A stretch of 63,986 nucleotides of DNA, the filler included, from Barthelona sp. PAP020 (taxonomy: Eukaryota): NCBI GenBank assembly GCA_040182905.1. It is 9 parts of 9 records of this genome, joined end to end, with 100 filler letters (N's around TTAATTAATTAA, not from the genome) between each part and the next. Parts side by side here need not be neighbours in the genome. Positions count along the whole stretch, not along the records: positions 58,985 to 63,986 come from JARQWU010000633.1; 8 more parts are not named here. One strand, given 5' to 3'. The position numbers and the translations under genes were made by a program. Below the pieces are notes generated by a model. The model had not been told where the DNA came from, searched no databases, and saw only the letters and a list, made by a program, of their open reading frames with translations. Positions 60,645 through 63,986 of this stretch are shown here, in pieces (the first letter of the stretch is position 1; each line of letters begins with the position of its first letter).

Positions 60645-63503
60645 CTATTTAAATGGACAATTTCTCTTTGTATGCCCTGGTTGACGACAAACTGAACATT
60701 TACGAATCGTTTTATCTTTTTCTTGCTCAGCAGAAGTCATTCTACTCACTGTTTTGTTTCTTTTTGCTGAAACACCTTTAACAGTCTCATTCTGATTTGT
60801 ATCTGGGTTAGAAGTATCATTTCGGGTGTTACCATTGTTAAAACCAAAGCCCAATCTTCCAATTGGCGTTTTTGGTGAATTAGAATGCTGTTGTTGATGT
60901 GATTCATGACGTCGTCGGGATAACGCCTGGGTTGGGGTGGGTATCTTTTCGAAGGGATTCAGTACTCTTTTACTGTTGATGTTACCATTTGGCTTAAATT
61001 TATAGATGGAAGTCATCATCGCATCACATCCCAACAAACACCCTTCATATTTCTTTGGTAGCCCAGCAGGGGGATCATTCATTTCCACTTTTAACAATTG
61101 AACAACTTTATTTTTGGTAGCACAAATAGAACAACACTTATCGGTAATCAACGCGTTGCTGACACATGATGGTAACCACCACTGTTGCTTACAATTTGGA
61201 AATCTGGTACAGCCAAACATATAACATGGATTTCCTCTACTATTTACTAATTTCAAACGCATACGTCCAACACAAGCATCATTTGGACAATCACACAATG
61301 TCAATTGAGTGGGAGAAGAAGCTGCATAAGGGCAATCAGAACGTGTACATTGCCAACAAAACATTGGTCTGATTAACCCGTTTTCATCAGACTTTTCGAC
61401 ACAACGAGGGCAAAATTGACTTTTCTTGTTAGATTTAGGATTGATCATCAGAGCCAATCCTTGATTACAAATGGGACATTTTGAACCTACTGTCGAATTG
61501 ACCGAATGAATCATCCAGTGTTTCTTTCCCCAATAATGCAGAGTAATAGAAGGATAAGGACATTCTTCATTTGAGCATGAAACATATATGTTGCAATCAT
61601 CTGCAAAACAATGTTGAATTGATCCACAGCTACATATCAATTCCACACCTAAATTATTTGCCAAATCAACTGTTCTAGAAGGAAGAACATTAGATAAATG
61701 CTGAAGCAATATTTCAGAATTATTTTCCAATCTGCGATAAAACTCTTGATACTCCGTCAAATATTTCCGTAAAACTTCATCCTTTGTAATTTGACCTTTG
61801 ACAATTCTCTTGAAATCCAATTCCATATCAGCTCGAAATGTTGGTTGATGAAGTCTAACACCTATTTCATCATACGTCAATATCAAAGCTCGGCCTAATT
61901 CAGAGCTAACAAGTGTATTCGCTTCTTTGACAGCATATTCACGTTTTTGTATCATTGATATGTGTTGGGCAATTGTTGCATCTGTTCCAATACCATTTTC
62001 ATCCATCTTTGAAATTAAATCTGCTTCGCTTAATTTTGAAGGTTGTCTGGTTTCATTTTCAACAATCTTTCCATCAAATATTTCAAATATTTCACCAATA
62101 TTGATGTTTGGTAATGTTTTATCTGAAACCTTAATGTAAGGAAAGACTCTTAAGAATCCCATATCATGAACAGATATTCCTTCCAATAGAAAAACCTCCT
62201 GCAATGATTCAGTTGCTGCAAAATGAATAATTGTCTTTGAAATAGATGTATCTGGACCAATGCTTGCAATAAAACTGCGCAGAATAAACTCAAAAACATT
62301 TCTTTCATCCACACTAAGTCTAGTATAATCAGGAGATCTAACCGGGTGAATGGGGGGATGGGATTCATCAGTATTTTTCCCAGAACGAGGTAATTGAAAT
62401 TTTTCTTCAATTCTCCATTGCCGAACACATTGACCAACAACCAAATCATCACAAAAAAAATTCAGAAGCTCTACAGGAGAATTTTCACCCCAAGAATCTG
62501 TTTCTGTTCGAGGATAAGAAATAAATCCATTGTTATAGAGAGATTCTGCTATAACCATAACAGTTTCAGATGCCAACTTGAATTTTGAAGAACAATTCTT
62601 CAGCAAAGTAACAGTAGTTAACGGAAGTGGTCTTTGTTTATTTGCTGAAACATGTGAAATGTCAATAACTTCAACTGAACCCTTTTGAACTATTTTTTCA
62701 AAAATTAGAAATGCAAAAAAATGCTCAAACACACGATAACGCTGCCACTGTAATGCAAATTGGACGTTGTTAATAAGGATGTCCAATGAAATTATCCAAT
62801 ACTTTTCAGAAACAAATTCATCACGACCTTTATCTCGTTCATAAACAAATCCAAGGGTAGGGAATTGGCAAGGCCCATATGATACAACTTGATCTGTGCG
62901 AAAATGCTTTTGAGCAAATAATGTTAAAAATCTGGAAAAAGATGCTCCAATCCTCAAATCTAATTCTCTTCTACATTCAACAACGTCCAAAAGCAAAGGG
63001 TTTAATGATGTTAATGTTTCCATAGCTCGTAAAATTTCTCTTGGTGAAACAGAAGAAAAAATTGCACGTTGAACAATCAGCTTCGAATTAGCTTGAACAC
63101 AAATATCTTTAATCTCATATGCAATTGCTTCACCTTCATTATCATTATCAGTCCAAAGAACTAGTCTATCCATATCTTTTGAAGCTTTGATCAACATCTG
63201 CGATATTTTTTTCATTTCAGGTAGAAGATTAACTTCAGTCTCACAAGTGTATAAATCAAAAGGATTCGTCTGACTCCAAGATCTGTACTCTTCAACAAAC
63301 TCCAATTTGTTTAAATGCCCCAAAACAGATGTAAATGATATATTGTGTGTTTCTCCTATCGAATCAACATAATTAAAAACAAACAATCGATTGTATTGTG
63401 AACATGTTTCTTTCGATTCATATGTGGAAGGTTTACTCAAAACTTTGGCAATAGCTTTTGCAACTGATGGCTTTTCAGCAACATGTAAACATTTAATTAC
63501 CAT
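60645..63503 (-). CDS. TOP3A: DNA topoisomerase III alpha
   Basis: VAEKPSVA, TSVLGHL, WTDNDNEGE, SYGPCQFPTLGFV, catalytic GFISYPRTET, HPPIHP, GIGTDAT, zinc ribbons and terminal CCHC knuckle. Confidence 0.95.
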   Translation of the reverse strand: MVIKCLHVAEKPSVAKAIAKVLSKPSTYESKETCSQYNRLFVFNYVDSIGETHNISFTSVLGHLNKLEFVEEYRSWSQTNPFDLYTCETEVNLLPEMKKISQMLIKASKDMDRLVLWTDNDNEGEAIAYEIKDICVQANSKLIVQRAIFSSVSPREILRAMETLTSLNPLLLDVVECRRELDLRIGASFSRFLTLFAQKHFRTDQVVSYGPCQFPTLGFVYERDKGRDEFVSEKYWIISLDILINNVQFALQWQRYRVFEHFFAFLIFEKIVQKGSVEVIDISHVSANKQRPLPLTTVTLLKNCSSKFKLASETVMVIAESLYNNGFISYPRTETDSWGENSPVELLNFFCDDLVVGQCVRQWRIEEKFQLPRSGKNTDESHPPIHPVRSPDYTRLSVDERNVFEFILRSFIASIGPDTSISKTIIHFAATESLQEVFLLEGISVHDMGFLRVFPYIKVSDKTLPNINIGEIFEIFDGKIVENETRQPSKLSEADLISKMDENGIGTDATIAQHISMIQKREYAVKEANTLVSSELGRALILTYDEIGVRLHQPTFRADMELDFKRIVKGQITKDEVLRKYLTEYQEFYRRLENNSEILLQHLSNVLPSRTVDLANNLGVELICSCGSIQHCFADDCNIYVSCSNEECPYPSITLHYWGKKHWMIHSVNSTVGSKCPICNQGLALMINPKSNKKSQFCPRCVEKSDENGLIRPMFCWQCTRSDCPYAASSPTQLTLCDCPNDACVGRMRLKLVNSRGNPCYMFGCTRFPNCKQQWWLPSCVSNALITDKCCSICATKNKVVQLLKVEMNDPPAGLPKKYEGCLLGCDAMMTSIYKFKPNGNINSKRVLNPFEKIPTPTQALSRRRHESHQQQHSNSPKTPIGRLGFGFNNGNTRNDTSNPDTNQNETVKGVSAKRNKTVSRMTSAEQEKDKTIRKCSVCRQPGHTKRNCPFK

Positions 63504-63842
63504 ATAATCATATTAAAATGTGAAAAATTCAAAAAATACCACTGTTTTTTTTTACATGTATATTTTTGAATGATGTTATATAGTGAAAAAAGTAAAGCAT
63601 TAAATAATAATGATTTTTTATTCAAAAGAAAAACGGTTGAAAAAAGAAACCACGCAATAAAAATGAAAAATTTTCAAATAAAAACATTATACTCAGATCA
63701 AAAGCAAAAAAACACTTCTTTGTACTGTCAATATTTGTCTGGAGATTAAAAAAAAAATATTTTTTTTGAGGTCCAAAGACTTCACTGAACCTTAAAGAAA
63801 AGAACAAAATATTTTCATATCTTTCTTTTGTGGTTTTTTCAA

Positions 63843-63986
63843 ATGAATCTCCCTTACGATCGTGTTTACAACTTTTCTGCTGGTCCCGCTACTCTTCCTG
63901 TTCCTGTTTTGGAAAGAGCTAGAGATGAAATGTTAAATCATAACGGTAGTGGTTTATCTGTTATGGAAATGTCTCATAGATCAGCT
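63843..63986 (+). CDS. PSAT1: Phosphoserine aminotransferase, N-terminal fragment (runs off window end)
   Basis: Manual translation [48 protein letters not shown]. Confidence 0.93.
   Translation, partial: MNLPYDRVYNFSAGPATLPVPVLERARDEMLNHNGSGLSVMEMSHRSA

Noticed and set aside
3843..63503. Apparent clustering of recombination genes (MUS81, RAD51D-like, TOP3A, MCM5) and of trafficking genes
   Set aside because: They lie on different concatenated contigs, so no real synteny can be inferred
1..63986. Alternative genetic code (TAA/TAG read as Gln, or TGA as Trp)
   Set aside because: Conserved genes end at expected positions with TAA (RPL4, HINT) and TAG (MRT4, AP2S1), TGA ends long ORFs such as TMEM62, and long ORFs have no internal stops

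Overview
Eukaryotic, strongly AT-rich, gene-dense DNA from a flagellated protist (SF-assemblin, AK8-like adenylate kinase, CEP72-like LRR protein), read with the standard genetic code. The window is not one locus. It is nine unrelated contigs (the seven complete ones each about 7.2-7.3 kb) joined by eight artificial 100-nt linkers (N44-TTAATTAATTAA-N44), so adjacency across linkers means nothing and several genes are truncated. Recognisable genes include MUS81, RPL4, COG6, AP-1/2 beta, AP-2 sigma, RAB21, NOP56, MRT4, a Nab2-like protein, SIN1, two E2F/DP-like proteins, HINT, HSP90, MCM5, a DYRK kinase, a RAD51D-like protein, TMEM62, TOP3A, PSAT1 and tRNA-Lys(UUU). Four tiny (36-41 nt) 5'-proximal spliceosomal introns have a CTAAY branch point at a nearly fixed distance from the 3' AG, as in metamonads. 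The best candidates for something new are: (1) a single-pass membrane protein with a Cys-rich ectodomain and a putative PARP-like ADP-ribosyltransferase cytoplasmic domain; (2) a WD40 family with an unrecognised conserved C-terminal domain (RKL..MG...II..CWDL...N..NGGN) whose two copies share a downstream non-coding repeat; (3) a modular, hairpin-rich dispersed repeat system found on four contigs. Several proteins have degenerate catalytic or signature motifs, and there is a frameshifted ArgRS/DALR pseudogene. All protein assignments are by eye from remembered family motifs; no searches were run.
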